This document shows positions 36,821-50,290 of a stretch of DNA of 64,000 nt, piece by piece. Source of the stretch: Callorhinchus milii (lineage: Eukaryota). The stretch covers positions 496,001 to 560,000 of the forward strand of contig NW_024704782.1 of NCBI RefSeq assembly GCF_018977255.1, in the 5' to 3' direction. A program made the translations under genes and the position numbers. Numbering within the stretch: the first letter of the stretch is position 1; each line of letters starts with the position of its first letter. The notes under the pieces are model-generated. The model was not told where the DNA came from. It saw only the letters and a list, made by a program, of their open reading frames with translations, and did no database searches.

Positions 36821-39730
36821 NNNNNNNNNNNNNNNNNNNNNNNNNNNNNNNNNNNNNNNNNNNNNNNNNNNNNNNNNNNNNNNNNNNNNNNNNNNNNNNN
36901 NNNNNNNNNNNNNNNNNNNNNNNNNNNNNNNNNNNNNNNNNNNNNNNNNNNNNNNNNNNNNNNNNNNNNNNNNNNNNNNNNNNATAATAATCCTCACATT
37001 TGACCCAGGGTCTCATCACGTCTTTGAGACATCTCAAAGAGCTTCACAGGATAGACTGTAAAGTGTAGTGGCTGTGTATTTTGCTTGCTAAACACGGCAG
37101 CCAATTGCGCCCAGCAATGTCCCTACAAACAGTGAAGTGACCAAATTATTATTCGACAATTTTTTTTGTGGGGGGTTTGTTACCCCTGGAAAGCAATACG
37201 CTAATCTATCCAATCTATCTGGGTTCCTACTTACTGTTAGGTAAACAGAGGCGTGTGTATCGAGTAAGGAAACTTGCCCAACGTTTTGCCCTGCCCCGAA
37301 CGGGAATCCTCTCGCTTGTGAGGCGAGTGCTCTAACCACTACACAACAACAACAACATTACATGTGTACAGCGCCTTTCACGTCAGGAGGCTGGACGGTC
37401 AGAGTTTCGGACCCGAACTGGGGGGCAGGGGGGAAGCAGGGTGATCGAAAGCATGGTCAACAAGGAAGGTCTTGAGATGACACTACAGGATACCTCAGCG
37501 TGTCTCAAGCTGTCGGTCAGTCTCAGTACCCACCAGCACAGCCAGTACCCACCCCACCAGCACAGTCAGTACCCACCCCACCAGCACAGCCAGTACCCAC
37601 CCCACCAGCACAGCCAGTACCCACCCCACTAGAGCTCCACGGGCAATACTGAGGGCACTGTACAACACAATTCACATTTACATTTATATAGTGCACAGGA
37701 CTGCGCCAACATGTCTGTCAGATAATTAATAATAGGAATAAACCTTGTACGTTACCACCCCATCAGGACAGGATTCATTGTAAAGTGTAATGACTGTGTG
37801 TTAAGCGGCAGCCAATTTGCGCATAGCAGTGTAAAACATCCATGAAGCGAGCAAGTGATTTTATGTGGGGGTTTTGCGGCCAGGACAAGAGAAAGAGAGA
37901 GAGAGAGAAAAGCTTTTCCCGACAGTACCGTGGGAGATCTTTAACATCTCCCCCTCCCACCCGATGTGCAACTTAAACCCACAACCTCCTGAGTTAGAGG
38001 CTGAGCAAGAGCCTGAGCCAATGAATCTGATAAGACGAGGCCCTAAGATGATTATTAACAACAACAACAAAATTACATTTACGCCTTTCACGTCGGGAGG
38101 ATGTCCCTGGGCGCTGGACAGTCGGGGTGAGGACTATTAAAATCAAAATGAAACTTTCATTAGAAACAAAAGCTTTTCAAAGCTTCACAGCAAGTTTAGT
38201 GACTTTAAGTAAAGGTTTCAGTTTTTTTTAAGCTGACACAATCAGAAACCCAGCACCGTGATCAGCCGGGTGTCTGACACACATTTCCGCTTTTGTCAGA
38301 CACCCGGCTGATCACAAGGATGGGTTTCCATGTGTGTAAGTCACCAGGGTCTTTTGATCTGACCTCAACCGCTGCTCGTGGAAATTAATCCCAAGCCCTG
38401 ACCGGCCTCTGAGTGATCGGATTCTCTCTAACCTCACCCCTGACTCCACTGACAATCCTGAGATTCCTGCGACCCCCTTCTTCCCCGGCACCCACTTCCC
38501 ACCTATAGGGGAGTTTCTTGATCGTCCCTCTGTTGTCTTTGCTGACCCTTGGTCATGCCTCCCCAAGCCACCCCAATCTCTGCTCTAATGAGACACACAG
38601 ACGGCATCTCAGAGCACTTAACAGCAGCAGAACCGATGCCGAGCTGGTGGGGAGGTGACCGGTCAAGGAGGAAGGTCCTCAGGCACGACCTGAAAACGTG
38701 GAAAAAGCACAAGTGCCGATGCTGGAGGCCGGAGCGGGGGCAGCGGGTGTGGTGTGGGGAGACAGCAGGTTGGAGAGATGGGGGTTGGGGGGCGCAGAGA
38801 GTGAGGATCTTGAAATCGATCCGCTCTGTGACAGGGAGCGCAGCCTCTTCACACGGAACTGGAATTGGAGTTGGTTGCTAGGATTGCGGGGAAGGGTTGG
38901 CGTGAGTTGATTTGAAAGAGAATTCGATGGGAATTTGTGGAGGAAGTGGAAGTGGAAGCAACAACAAATGACATTTATACAGCGGCTTTCACACCAGGAG
39001 AACGTCCCACGGCACAGGACAGTAAGGGACCCGCCCCCAAGCTGGTGATTGGGATCAGGAGGGGTGGAGGGCAGCCAGGTTGAGAGTAGGAGGGTGAGAT
39101 GTAGGAGGGTGACCGAAGGCACGGTCAAACCAGAGGCTGAATTTCCGACCGCCAATGGTGGGGCAGGCAAGGCGTGAGTCGTGAAGCAGGCTGGAACCCG
39201 CTGAGCGAAGGGAGCGGACAGGTTAGCAGGTCACAGAGGGAGGAGCAAGGCTGTGGATGGCTTTGAAGGTGAGGACCAGGATCTTGAACTGTATCCTCTG
39301 AGAGATGGGGAGCCAATTGATATGTTGTTGAGATGTCTGAAAGCGCTTCATAGAACATACTGTAAAGACTAATGACTGTGTATTTTGTGAGCAAAATAAG
39401 ACAGTCAATGTGCACAGCAGTGTCCCACAAACAGTGGATTGAGTGACCAAATTTTTTTGGGTGGGATTATTATGCCCAGAAAGCAATCTGCCAACTGGGT
39501 TCCTGCTTACTGTTGGTAAACAGAGGCGTGTGTGTGCGGAGTAAGGTAACTTACCCAAGCTTTCACGTCACCCGGAAATCAATCCTAGATCCTCTCGCAT
39601 GCGAGGCGAGCGCTCTAACCATTACTCTATGGGATGAAATGATCAGACAGGAGAGGAAGAGCCGCGGGATGGGGGGAGGTTCGACTGTCACACACTGCTC
39701 AGTAAAGCTGTGCTTGTCTTCTTCCTTCAG

Positions 39731-42700
39731 TGATCCTCCTCTTACTCCTGGTCCTGGTCGATGTTATTTACATCACTGTCGGTGAGTTCCTCTCGCCCCC
39801 ACACTCCCATTCAATCCCAAACTCCACTATCCATGTAACTCATCTGCACTAAACTCCATACCCCCATTACACCAGTCCTCGCCAGACTTCTCCAGCCCCC
39901 ACATGGTCTGTACGCTGGTGACACATATCTCTACCTCTCTGCATCCACCCTCGACCCCAGGACCACTGCTATCCTGACAGACTCTTTGTCTGACATCAAG
40001 TCCTGGATGAGAGCCAACTTTCTCCATTGAATGTCAGTTAGTTCGAGGCTCCTGAGTGGCTCGCGCTAGCACCTCCGCACCTCAGGCACTGGCGGTATCA
40101 GCATCCAAGGATGCCCACTCCACCTCACCAAGCCAGTCAGGAACCTAGGGTTGACCCTCAACTGTCCTTCCTCCCCCACATCAGTGCTTCGACCCGCTCT
40201 GCCTTTCCCGTCTCCGCAACATTACCCGATTCCACTATATAGATGCAAGTTTTGTTTTGTTGCTGTTAAGAGTGCCTCACGTGATCACAACAGACCTCGT
40301 CCAGCCACACTCAACATCTCGTCTCCACCCACTGCTGTGTCTGACTGTGTGTTTGTAGGTACATCCACCTACTCTACCACCACAACAACAACAAAATTAC
40401 ATTTCTAAACCGCCTTTCACGTCGGGAGGACATCCCAAAGCGCTGGACAGGCAGAGTTACAGACCTGGGCTGGGGGAGGGAGGAGGGTAGTGGGGGGAAG
40501 CAGGGAGATCGAAAGCACGGTCGAAGAGGAGGGTTTTAAGATGGGTCTTGAAGGTGGCGAGGGAAGGGGCGAGGCAGAGGGACTGTGGGATGGAGTTCCA
40601 GAGGGTGGGGGCAGAGTGGCAGAAGGCCCACCCGCCAATAGGCCAAGCGAGGTGGGGGACATGAAGCAGGCCGGAGCCCGCTGAGCGGGGGGAGCAAGCA
40701 GGTTGGTAGGGGGTTAGGCGGTCAGAGAGGTTGGAGGGAACAAGGCCATAGAGGGCTTTGAAGGTGAGGACCAGAATCTAGAACTGTATCCTCTGTTAGG
40801 GAAGTCAGTGGAGTCGGGCGAGAGTGGGGGAGATGGGGTAACGGAGTTTGGTGCGGGAGAGGACATGGACTGCAGAGTTCTGGATGATCTGCAGCTGTGG
40901 AGGGAGGAGTTGGGGGCCGACAAACAGAGAGTTTGCATAGTCGATCCCGGATGTAATGAAGGTGTGAATGAGGGTTTCGGCAGCCTGCGGTGTGAGACAG
41001 TGTTGGAGCCGGGGGGAAGGCAGAGCAGTTCATGTCCAGCCAAGTCCCACAAATAGCCGTGAAGTAAGCAGGTGAATTTATCTGGAGGATTGTCGGCCCG
41101 GACACTGGGGGAGAGAGAGGAACTCTGTTGCTTTTCTTGACAGTGTTGCAAGAGATCTTGAATGTCACCATGAGCAGGGCACAGAGGTTTAACTTCTAAC
41201 TCGAAGGACGGCGTCTCTGACAATGCAGCGCTGTCAGCCTGGACTGTGAGGAGAGCAGGGAATGGGGGAACGAGCCCCAGCACAGACATGATGGGGAGTG
41301 GTGACGTGGTGGACAGGACGTGATGTTAATCTGATCTTGTCTCCTCTTTAGCTTTCATCTTTCTGAAATCTTGCCCTAAGGGTGAGATGGTGCCTATTTA
41401 CATCATCGCCTCAGGATTCTTTGACATTTTGCAAGTGCTGAAGGAATACCTGCCAGTGTCAGAGGCCGGGGGCTTTACGTCTCCCCGCTGGAGCTCCTTC
41501 ACCTTCTCCAAGACGTCTATGAGGTGGTGTTTCAGGATATCGGCCATCCTCGAGGGGGCCTTGCTCGCCGCAGGTAGCCCCGCCCTCTCTCTCTCTCGCA
41601 CTGATTGGTTCCCACATCAGCAGCACCGCCTGCAATTGGACGTTCATTCCTGCCGCACCCTCTTCTGCCTGCCCCGCCCTCTCCATATCTGCCCCGCCCT
41701 CTCCATACCTGCCCCGCCCTGTCCACATCTGCCCCGCCCTGTCCACACCTGCCCCGCCCTGTCCACATCTGCCCCGCCCTGTCCACATCTGCCCCGCCCT
41801 CCCCATATCTGCCCCGCCCTGTCCACATCTGCCCCGCCCTGTCCATATCTGCCCCGCCCTGTCCATATCTGCCCCGCCCTGTCCACATCTGCTCCGCCCT
41901 GTCCACATCTGCTCCGCCCTCCCCACGTCTGCCTCGCCCTCTCCACGTCTGCCCCGCCCTCTCCAGGTCTGCCCAGCCCTCTCCAGCCTGCGAGCCTGAT
42001 GGAGCTGTCAAGCTGCTGATTGACCGTCTCCCCACAACTTTCAATTCCCTTGTTTCCCTGAAATCCAGGGTTGTTTTCAAACCCACCCACTCCTCCTGGT
42101 ACAGCAGTCATCTCCGCTCACGCAAAACACAAACCCGGATACTCAAGCGCAGATGGCAGAAATCCGGCCTCACGATTCACTGTCAGCTGTAGCTAGAGTA
42201 CCTCCACACCTACCGCCTGTTCCTTTCACAGGCCAAGATTTTTACTCCAAAGTCATCCTGGAGTAGAGAGAGAGAGTGTGCGTGTGAGATTACTCCAACG
42301 CCCTCCTCGTCAGTCTCCCCAGCTTCACCATTCACAAGATCCAGCTCGTTCAAAACTCAGCCACTCGCATACTGACCCGGACCAAACTCCTCACCCACAT
42401 CTCACAAGTTTTGACAAGGCTCCACTGGCTCCCCATCACCGAGCAGATTGACTTCAAAATCTTCACACTCGTGTTCAAATTCACTCTCCATCACCTCCCT
42501 ACCTCTCCCGACCTCATCACTCCTCAATCCACCACCCGGCCCCTCCACTCGAATGGCACTGTCCCTCGCACCCTCCACCCCACCATTGGAGGTTGCTTTC
42601 AGCCACTGCACCCCAAAACTCTGGAGCACTCTTCCCCAGTTCCTCCGCCTTGCCCCCTTCCTCCCCTCTTTCAAGTCCCACCATCTTCGACCGTGCTTTC

Positions 42701-45700
42701 GGCCACTTCCCCCTCCCTTGGCTCCACCACTGTTGAGCGCTATGACACGCTATCCTGCGTGGATGGCGCTGTATAAGTAAGTACAATTTGTTGTTGTTTC
42801 TCCCCTCAGCGTGTTTGAAAACCATGATGTCTGCCATGTCCATTGCCTACATCACCATTGGTGAGCTCTGCCCACATGTCTGTTCACATCGGTGTCTCTG
42901 ATTCTGTGACCTTTACCAGATAAGTTAACTAGTTAATTTGAGTTAGGAGGTTGTGGGTTCAGGCCCTGTGTTGGATACTTTGAGCTCAGTCCAGGCTGCT
43001 GCTCCATTCCTGGATTGTCGGATACTGTCTTTCAGATGAGACGTGAAACTGAGCTTCAGTTTGTGTCTGTTCAGGGGAGATTTAAAAGAAAAAGTAGTAC
43101 CAGCACAGATACAATGGGGAATGGGGATAGAGTAAAGGGCTCCAATGGGGGAGTGAGCACCAGCACAGACACGATGGGGAGAGAGGGAGCAGGGAATGGA
43201 GTTAAAATAAAGAGCTCCAGTGGGGGAGCGAGCACCAGCAGACACGATGGTGGGGGGGGGGGTTGGGTTTGGGTTCAGTTGGTGCTGGACTATAGTACCT
43301 ATGTGTTCCAGGGACAGTGTATTTGAATTCCTGCACCCAGCAGCACCTGATCCCAATCTATCTCATTGTCTCTGGGAGCTTCTCTCTCTTCCTGATCATG
43401 ATCTCCTGCGTTCACTGCTCCCCGAGCGATGGCGAGAACCTGTCACAGTGGCGAGACCTCAGCCGTTGCTGGAAGACTATCAGCTCCCTGTTCAGCTTCA
43501 TCTGGTTTTTAACAGGTAACTATCCTAGGGGTAAGTGGTCCTTTCGCGCCTTAACTGACTCCAAGGTAATGTGTTTGGCAAAAGAATATCAAATCTACCC
43601 TCTGTGATGGCCTCTAGTCCAGTTTCTGAGCCAGGGAGGACAACGTACTCTAGAGCGCTGCTGGTGACAGCCCAGGCCAGCCTGGCTCATTGTCAGAGAA
43701 ACAGACATGGGGGCAGGGACTCTTCCCACTCAGCTCCAGTTAACCCTGCAAGCCCAAGTCCTAAAGATATGGTGGTCTTCGCTGGTCAAGCAGCAGGAAA
43801 ATTGTCAGCCAGTACTCTCAATGGCAAGCTATGTGGTTTTAGCTGGTCAGACTACAGCAGTTAGCCCAACCCACTCTGGGATCCCCAAACCTTGGCTCTT
43901 GACAATTGGGCCTGCAATACTCTCTGGAAATGGGCAAGAAGGATTCGTCCCTCCTGGCAGATTGAGTCACGTTTCATTCCAATATTCAAAGGTCACAACT
44001 CTGGGGCATGACTGACAATTGCAGGGTTAATAGTCAGGTGTTAGCCTGGCTTATGTGGCCTGCGGACCTTGCTCAAATAGGGAATCTGGCCTGCGACAGT
44101 GAAAGGTTGAATCACCCTGGCCTATCTGATCTCATCCCTCCAGACCACCTGCCCGACACCATTTCCCCATCACAACATCGAGCTGGTTTTCAAATGCATC
44201 CAGTGTCCTGGCCTCAACAACCCCTCCTGGTAAATGTTTCATAGTTAATTCAACAACAACTTACAGCTGTCACACGGGGTAGAGTCTCAGAGTGCTTGTT
44301 CCTGGTCTGTCAATCCTGATGTCTATATTCTGAACTTACCCCTCAATGTTCTCCCCTTAACCCCAGTAGATAGCTCAATGCACACTCTGGTTCCCTCGAA
44401 CCCTGGCTCTTGCATATTTTCAGACATGGAGAAATTCCCATGTGTAGGTGACGTATGTGGGATCTCTTCAGCCTAGTGTCTGACTCGCAACCAGCTGGTC
44501 ACGGTGATGGGTTTCCATGTGTGTAGCACACCTTGGACCGAGCCTGTGGCCTCTCACTGCAGATTTCATTTCTCACTTCTCTGTTCCAGGTAATGTCTGG
44601 ATCTACTCCATTTATGAGCCGGATTACATCCACGAGGACTCTGCTCTTTATTGTAACAGAACTCTCTACCTCTTCGCCTTCTGGATGACGACCATCACCT
44701 ATACTCTGCTGGCCCTGGTGCTGGTCCTGGGCTGTTGCGGGCTACTCTGTGTGTATACTCTCCAGGCCACAGCTTGCAGGGGGCAGCAGGGTTGCTGGGG
44801 GGAGAGGGAGAGGTAATCAGCCAACTTGCTGCCAAATTACGTCTCTCCTTTTGTACACCGACACTTTTTAAAGCTGCATCTTCACGTCACTAAATGTAAA
44901 TCACGGTTTGTTGTTGTGGGGGATAAGGAGAAACCGCACTTTTATATTGTAATCACTGAATGATCCAGGGTATATTTCATACCCTCGCCTGTTGGACGAG
45001 TGTGGGGGACGGGGGGGGGGGGTGATGTGCACAGGCTTTCACACTCGCATAAGATTTTTGGTTTGATATTTGAACTGTTTTTAAACTAATGTTTTGATGT
45101 AAAATGTATCTAATAAATTTGTGATGTACAGTACTTGCATTGTGCGTATCACCCTTAATATATTGGAACTAGGAGGCCATTCAGCCCCTCATGCCTGCTC
45201 CATCGTATTAGAGATTCTCCTATTTGACCGAGTGGAGTCCTGCAGTTTAGTGAAATCGAGAAATCTGAGTTTGATTCCCAGGCAGGACGAAACGTTGGGC
45301 AAGTTTCCTTACTCCATGTGCCTCTGTTTACCCAGCACTAAGTAGGAACCTGGTTGTTAATCAGTTGGCTTTTACAGGGGTAATAATCTCTTCCAGCAAT
45401 GAAAAAAAATTGTTATTTAATCCTCGACTGTTTGTGTGCACTGCTATGTGCAATTGGCTGCTGAGATTCGCCCATAAAATATCCAATTTTATTCAAAGTC
45501 AATATACAATATTCACTTTACAATATATCCTGTGAAGTGCTTTAAGACATCTCAAGGCTAAGGCGCTTTAACAAATACAAAGATTATTATTACTCCACAT
45601 GAGTCAAGATTATTTTGTTTTCTGCACTTCATACCTCCCATTTCTAGTATCACCACACAACAAAATTACATTTGTATAGCACCTTTCCCTTCAAGGGGAC

Positions 45701-46775
45701 TGAAGGTGCTGGACAGTCACGGATTTGGACCTGAGCAGGGAGGAGGGGTTGAGATATGGGTCTTAAAAAGTGNNNNNNNNNNNNNNNNNNNNNNNNNGTC
45801 TGCCCCGCCCTCTCCCAGCCTGCCCAGCCCTCTCCCAGCCTGCCCCGCCCTCTCCTATCTGTCACGCTTCCACACAATCATAAGATCCGAGTCTGGATGA
45901 AGAAGACACTGATCTGATCCCCACCCTCCAAACCTCCCGCCCGACCTCCTCCCCATCACAACTGCTGTTTAAAGGAGTCCCCGTTTCCTGTCCTCAACCC
46001 TCCCTCTTCCTCACAACCTGTTTCAGTCATTAATTTTCTCTGGGTAAAGAAAAACTTCCTGGGAGGGGAGGTGACCACAAGCAAGGAAGAGGAAAGTGTT
46101 AAGGAGAGATTTAAAGACAGATAAAGAAGGGGCGAATAGGAGGGGGGGGAGGGATAGAGGAGAAAGAAAGTCACACATCTGACTGGCCAGGGCTGCTCTC
46201 AGTCCGTCTTTATAAATGAATAATAATAAATCTTGCATTTGACATAGTGTCGTATCACGTCGTTGAGACATCTCAAAGTGCTTCACAGAATATACTGTAA
46301 AGTAGATTGACTATTTTTTAGGTAAAATGCGGCAGCCAATTGTGCAAAGCAGTGTCCCCACAAATAGTCGTGGATTGAGTGATTACATTTTTTTTAAGGG
46401 ATTATTACCCCAGGTTCCTACTTACTGCTGATAAATAGCGGCGTGTGTGTGAAGTAAGAAAGCTTCCCTCAGGTTTCGCCCTCCCGGGAATCAAACCTGG
46501 GCCCTCTTGCTTGGGAGGCGAGCGCTCCAACCACAAGGCTACAGGACTCCTAATGAAATCTCTTTGTCAACACAGGCACTTATTGGACCTATCAGATGTT
46601 TAGCGCTGACTTTGAGAACAAGGATTCCCCTGATTACTGCCACAAAGGATTCTATACCTTTGCCTTTGTCTCTGTGAACGTCACCTGCTTTGTGTATATT
46701 TTCCTGTCTCTTTTCCACATTTTCGCTCCAGTGTTGCTACCCCATCTGTTCAGCGGATCCCAAGATCTGGACTAG
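39731..46775 (+). CDS. TMEM272-like membrane protein, divergent exon set A
   Basis: Phase-1 exons 39731-39781 (ILLLLLVLVDVIYITV), 41352-41573 (AFIFLKSCPKGEMVPIYIIASG..GALLAA) and terminal 46576-46775 (GTYWTYQMFSADFENKDSPDYCHKGFYTFAF..QDLD*). Each is paralogous to an exon of set B. Confidence 0.65.
41665..41990. repeat. 20-bp minisatellite (GCCCCGCCCTGTCCACATCT)
   Basis: About 16 units; related units reappear at 45798-45856 immediately after a gap. Confidence 0.95.
42810..44816 (+). CDS. TMEM272-like membrane protein, exon set B (closer to family consensus)
   Basis: Phase-1 exons 42810-42860 (CLKTMMSAMSIAYITI), 43312-43515 (GTVYLNSCTQQHLIPIYLIVSG..LFSFIWFLT) and 44590-44816 (GNVWIYSIYEPDY..YCNRTLYLFAFW..*); AATAAA at 45112. 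Confidence 0.8.
45234..45592 (+). mobile_element. tRNA-derived SINE; further copies at about 46220-46550 (-) and 50836-51185 (+)
   Basis: GGAGTCCTG(C/T)AG head, shared body, ATTATTAT tail. Confidence 0.8.
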
Positions 46776-47689
46776 GGCTCCCAGCGTCAGCTCTCCCGCA
46801 AACTCAAAGTGCAATAAGGCGGGCACAAGAGCAGTCCTGGCCGCTGGCACCTCAGCAGCCTTACTGTATCTTTATTGATAAAAGAGAGATGTGATCAGCT
46901 CCTGTCTACTGCCTCCTTCTTCATCAATCCAACAACTTGCACCCAGCTGTATGGCGTCCCAAAGCGCATAACGGTGGCAGAGCCCAATGCCGAGCCAGGG
47001 GGAGGGGGAAGGTAGGCACGGTTGAAGAGGAAGATCTTCAAGAGCGACGTGAAAATGGGGAGAGAGGGGGAGGCAAGGCAAAGGGATTGAGGGAGTGTTC
47101 CACATCTTTGGGGGCTTAGTGGCTGAAAGCACAGCTACCGATGGTGGAGCTGGAGGATCTGGGGGACAAGGAGGAGGTCGGAGCCAGCCGAGCGGAGGCA
47201 GCGGATAGCAGTGTTGGGAGAGTAGGTTGGAGAGATGGGGGGAGGGGTGCCAGGGCCAACCTTCTGTGGGTGATGCTCACAGGGAGTTCCTGGTACTACT
47301 GTCCACCCCGTGAGGCTCCAACCCACGCTTGTCAGGGGTCAAATGAACAACTAATGCCTTTCCTCCTCGGGGGGAGGGGAGGTAAGCTGAACCCTTGAAT
47401 GAGGCAAGGGAGAGAACAAGGCGAAAGAAGAGTGCTGTTCAAAAGGGTGGGATGGAGAGGCTGAAGACCTGAGTGCCGATGGCAGGGTGGGCAGGGAACA
47501 TGGAGCAGGCCAGTGCCTGCTGAACGGAAGGAGCGGACAGGTTGATGAGGGGTTAACAGGGTATAGAGGTAGGAAGGGGCAAGGCCATGGAGGGCCTTGA
47601 AGGCTGTTCATTATGGATGAGTTGGGTGCAGACCCCATCCCTGTTACTGTAGCTGTGTCCGGTGCAGGGACTATGGATGTGTTGAGGGT

Positions 47690-49123
47690 GAGAATTACTC
47701 TCTTTCCTATCTAAGGTCCTTGAGAGAGCCGTTGCCTCAGCTTCGCTCTTCCCTCTCCTCCCACTCCCTCCATGAACTCCTCTAATCGTGTTTCGGTGCT
47801 GTCACAGCACAGAAACTGCTCTGGTCAAAGTCACAAACGACATCCTGACCATGTGTGACCAGGGCTCCCTCTGCCTCCTCGTCCTCTCCACTGCCTTTGA
47901 CACCGTGGACTATTCAATCCTCCTCCACCGCCTCTCCTCCCACCTCAACCTTCAAGGTTCTGTCATTGACTGGTTCAGGTCCTACCTTTCACACGGTCTA
48001 CACTTCATCGCGGCAAACGGCTTCTCCTCCAGCCCCTGCACTGTCTCGTGCGGTGTTCCTCAGGGCTCTGTCCTCAGTCGCCTCCTCTTCACCCTCTACA
48101 TGCTCCCCCTTGGTGATGTGGATGACACCCAACTCTATATCTCTGCCTCCACCCTCAACTCCAGGACTACTGGTGTCCTGACCGACTGCCTGTCCGACAT
48201 CAAATCCTGGATGAGGGACAACTTTCTCCAACTCAACATCAGCAAAACCAAGGCCCTCCTGATTGCCTCGGGCGCTGGCAGCATCAGCCTCCATGGCTAC
48301 GCACTCCACCTCACTAAGCCAGTCAGGAACCTGGGTGTCTTGTTTGACCCTGAACTGTCTTTTCTTCCCCACATCTGCGCCATGACCGGCACTGCCTACC
48401 ACCACCTCCGCAACATTGTCAGACTCCGCCACTGCCTCACCCCTCAGGCTGCCCAAACCCTTACCCACGCATGCCTCACATCAAGGCTCCACTACGGGAA
48501 CTCCCTCCTCATCGGCCTTCCCAACGCTTCCCTTCACAAGTTGCAGATCATCCAAAACTCTGCAGGTCATGTACTCTCGCGCACCAGGCTCCGTGACCCC
48601 ATCACCCCCACCCTCGCCCGACCCCATCACCCCTACCCTCACCCGACCCCATCACCCCCACCCTCGCCCGACTCCACTGGCTCCCCATCCCCTAGAGGAT
48701 TGAGTTCAAGTTCCTTGTTCTCACTTTCAAGGCCATCCATGGCCTTGCACCCCCCTACCTCTTAGACCTGCTGACTCCCTACCAACCTGCTCACTCCCTC
48801 TGTTCAGCGGGCTTCAGTCTGCTCCATGTCTCCTGCCCGACTCGACCAACCATCGGTGGCCGGTCTTTCAGCCTCTCTGCTCCCACACTCTGGAACTCCA
48901 TCCCACGGTCCCTTCGCCTCGCTTCCTCCCTTGCCTCCTTCATGGCTGGTCTTAAGACCCTTCTCTTCATTATACTTTCGGTCGCCCTCCCACCTATCTG
49001 CTTCCCCTCACCCCTACCCCACCCCTCCCTTATGCTCGGGTCCTGACCCCTGACTGTTCAGTGCCTTGGGATGTCCTCCCGATGTGAAAGGCGCTCTATA
49101 AATGTAATTTTGTTGTTGTTGTT
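47690..49123 (+). mobile_element. L2 LINE 3' half with a 325-aa degenerate RT ORF (47788-48765)
   Basis: [55 protein letters not shown]; tail AAGGCGCTCTATAAATGTAATT(TTG)n. Confidence 0.9.
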
Positions 49124-49478
49124 AGTGGATAGTTAAGGGTGGGCAGGACTTTGGGGGCTTGGAGCTTTCTCTGATGCGTTATGGAGTTTGTGTTTTATCT
49201 TTGAGATAACAGTTTTAAGTAAGGAGATTTATTTCACAATTTATGTTATTAGTTTTTTTTACTTTTTATTCGTACGGTTGATAAATCACTGTTGTAAATT
49301 TGCTGTTAGGCGTATCTTTTGAAGTTTGGATTGTGTGTAAACATTTATTATGCTAATTTACAATAAGGTCTTGTGTTATGTTGAGCAATAGCCTGATTAT
49401 TCTTTCGAAATTTGTATTATAACTTTGTGTGTAGTGTTTTGTTCCTAATTTTAGGTAGTTTTATGTCATAATTTAGAT

Positions 49479-50290
49479 CAGGGAGGTCCAACTGGCAGCC
49501 CATCAGCCACATTCAGTCCAGGAATATTTTGATCTGGCCCCAGTACCTTTTCCAACTGCGGACTGAATGCTCTGCCTCTCACCAGCGAACTATCCTCTCA
49601 TGGCAGAGGCAGGAGCCGGAGGTTGGTAAAGTGACCAGTTTGCCTTACCCTCAGCTTGAGAGGAACTCTGACACCCTGCAGTGCACTGAGCTCTGGAGTA
49701 GAAATACCGGCTGTTGTTGCAGTATGTCAGACAGCCCTTCCTGAGCTGAGTGGAAGGGACCTCCCAACCGGCAGCTCTTGCCGCCACCAGATAATGAGCC
49801 ACACACGTGGGCGGCCTGGGAAGCAGCTGTTCTCACTGCCAGATAGTGAGCCATGTGACTGATTGAGAGAGAGTGACTGAAAGGGGCGGGAGAGGAGATA
49901 ATGTTTTAGAGTGCGGGAGGGAGAGAGGATGTGAGAAATGGGGAGTGCTCCACCATCGCCATTTTGTCCTCGCTCTCTGGAGCTCCATTGCCAGAATCCC
50001 TCCGTCTCGCTCTTTCTCTTCTGTCCTTCAAAGTACATCAAGATCTAATCCTTTGACCTCACTTTCAGTCATCTTTTCCCCTCCCCATCCCACCCCCAGC
50101 TCAGGTGCTCAGCGGACAGTGTCAAGAGCTTTGAGATATCCTTCCAACGTGAAAAAGGCGCTGGGCAAATGTTTCCTTTCCAGAAACTTAAAAATATTGC
50201 TCACGTGGCCCGTGGAAGTTTCTCGAACCGGGCATTTGGCCCTCAGTAGCCAACAGGATGGACCACCCTCAATCAGGTTGGACCACCCTC
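49479..50290. mobile_element. Possible non-autonomous hAT (Charlie-like) element remnant
   Basis: Imperfect terminal inverted repeats CAGGGAGGTCCAAC at 49479 and GTTGGACCACCCT at 50277; no clear target-site duplication. Confidence 0.35.

Noticed and set aside
35958-37061. Mucin-like Pro/Thr and poly-His ORFs
   Set aside because: Products of a CAC/CAT simple repeat open in several frames, spanning gaps, with no signal peptide or flanking mucin domains; it starts just after a consensus donor, so it is likely intronic.
37489-37515. Possible 27-nt phase-1 exon (GYLSVSQAV) for the TMEM272-like locus
   Set aside because: The acceptor has no pyrimidine tract and abuts an L2 fragment; insufficient support.
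49130-49475. T-rich segment considered as a possible mitochondrial insertion
   Set aside because: No recognisable mitochondrial gene, tRNA or rRNA motif; left unannotated.
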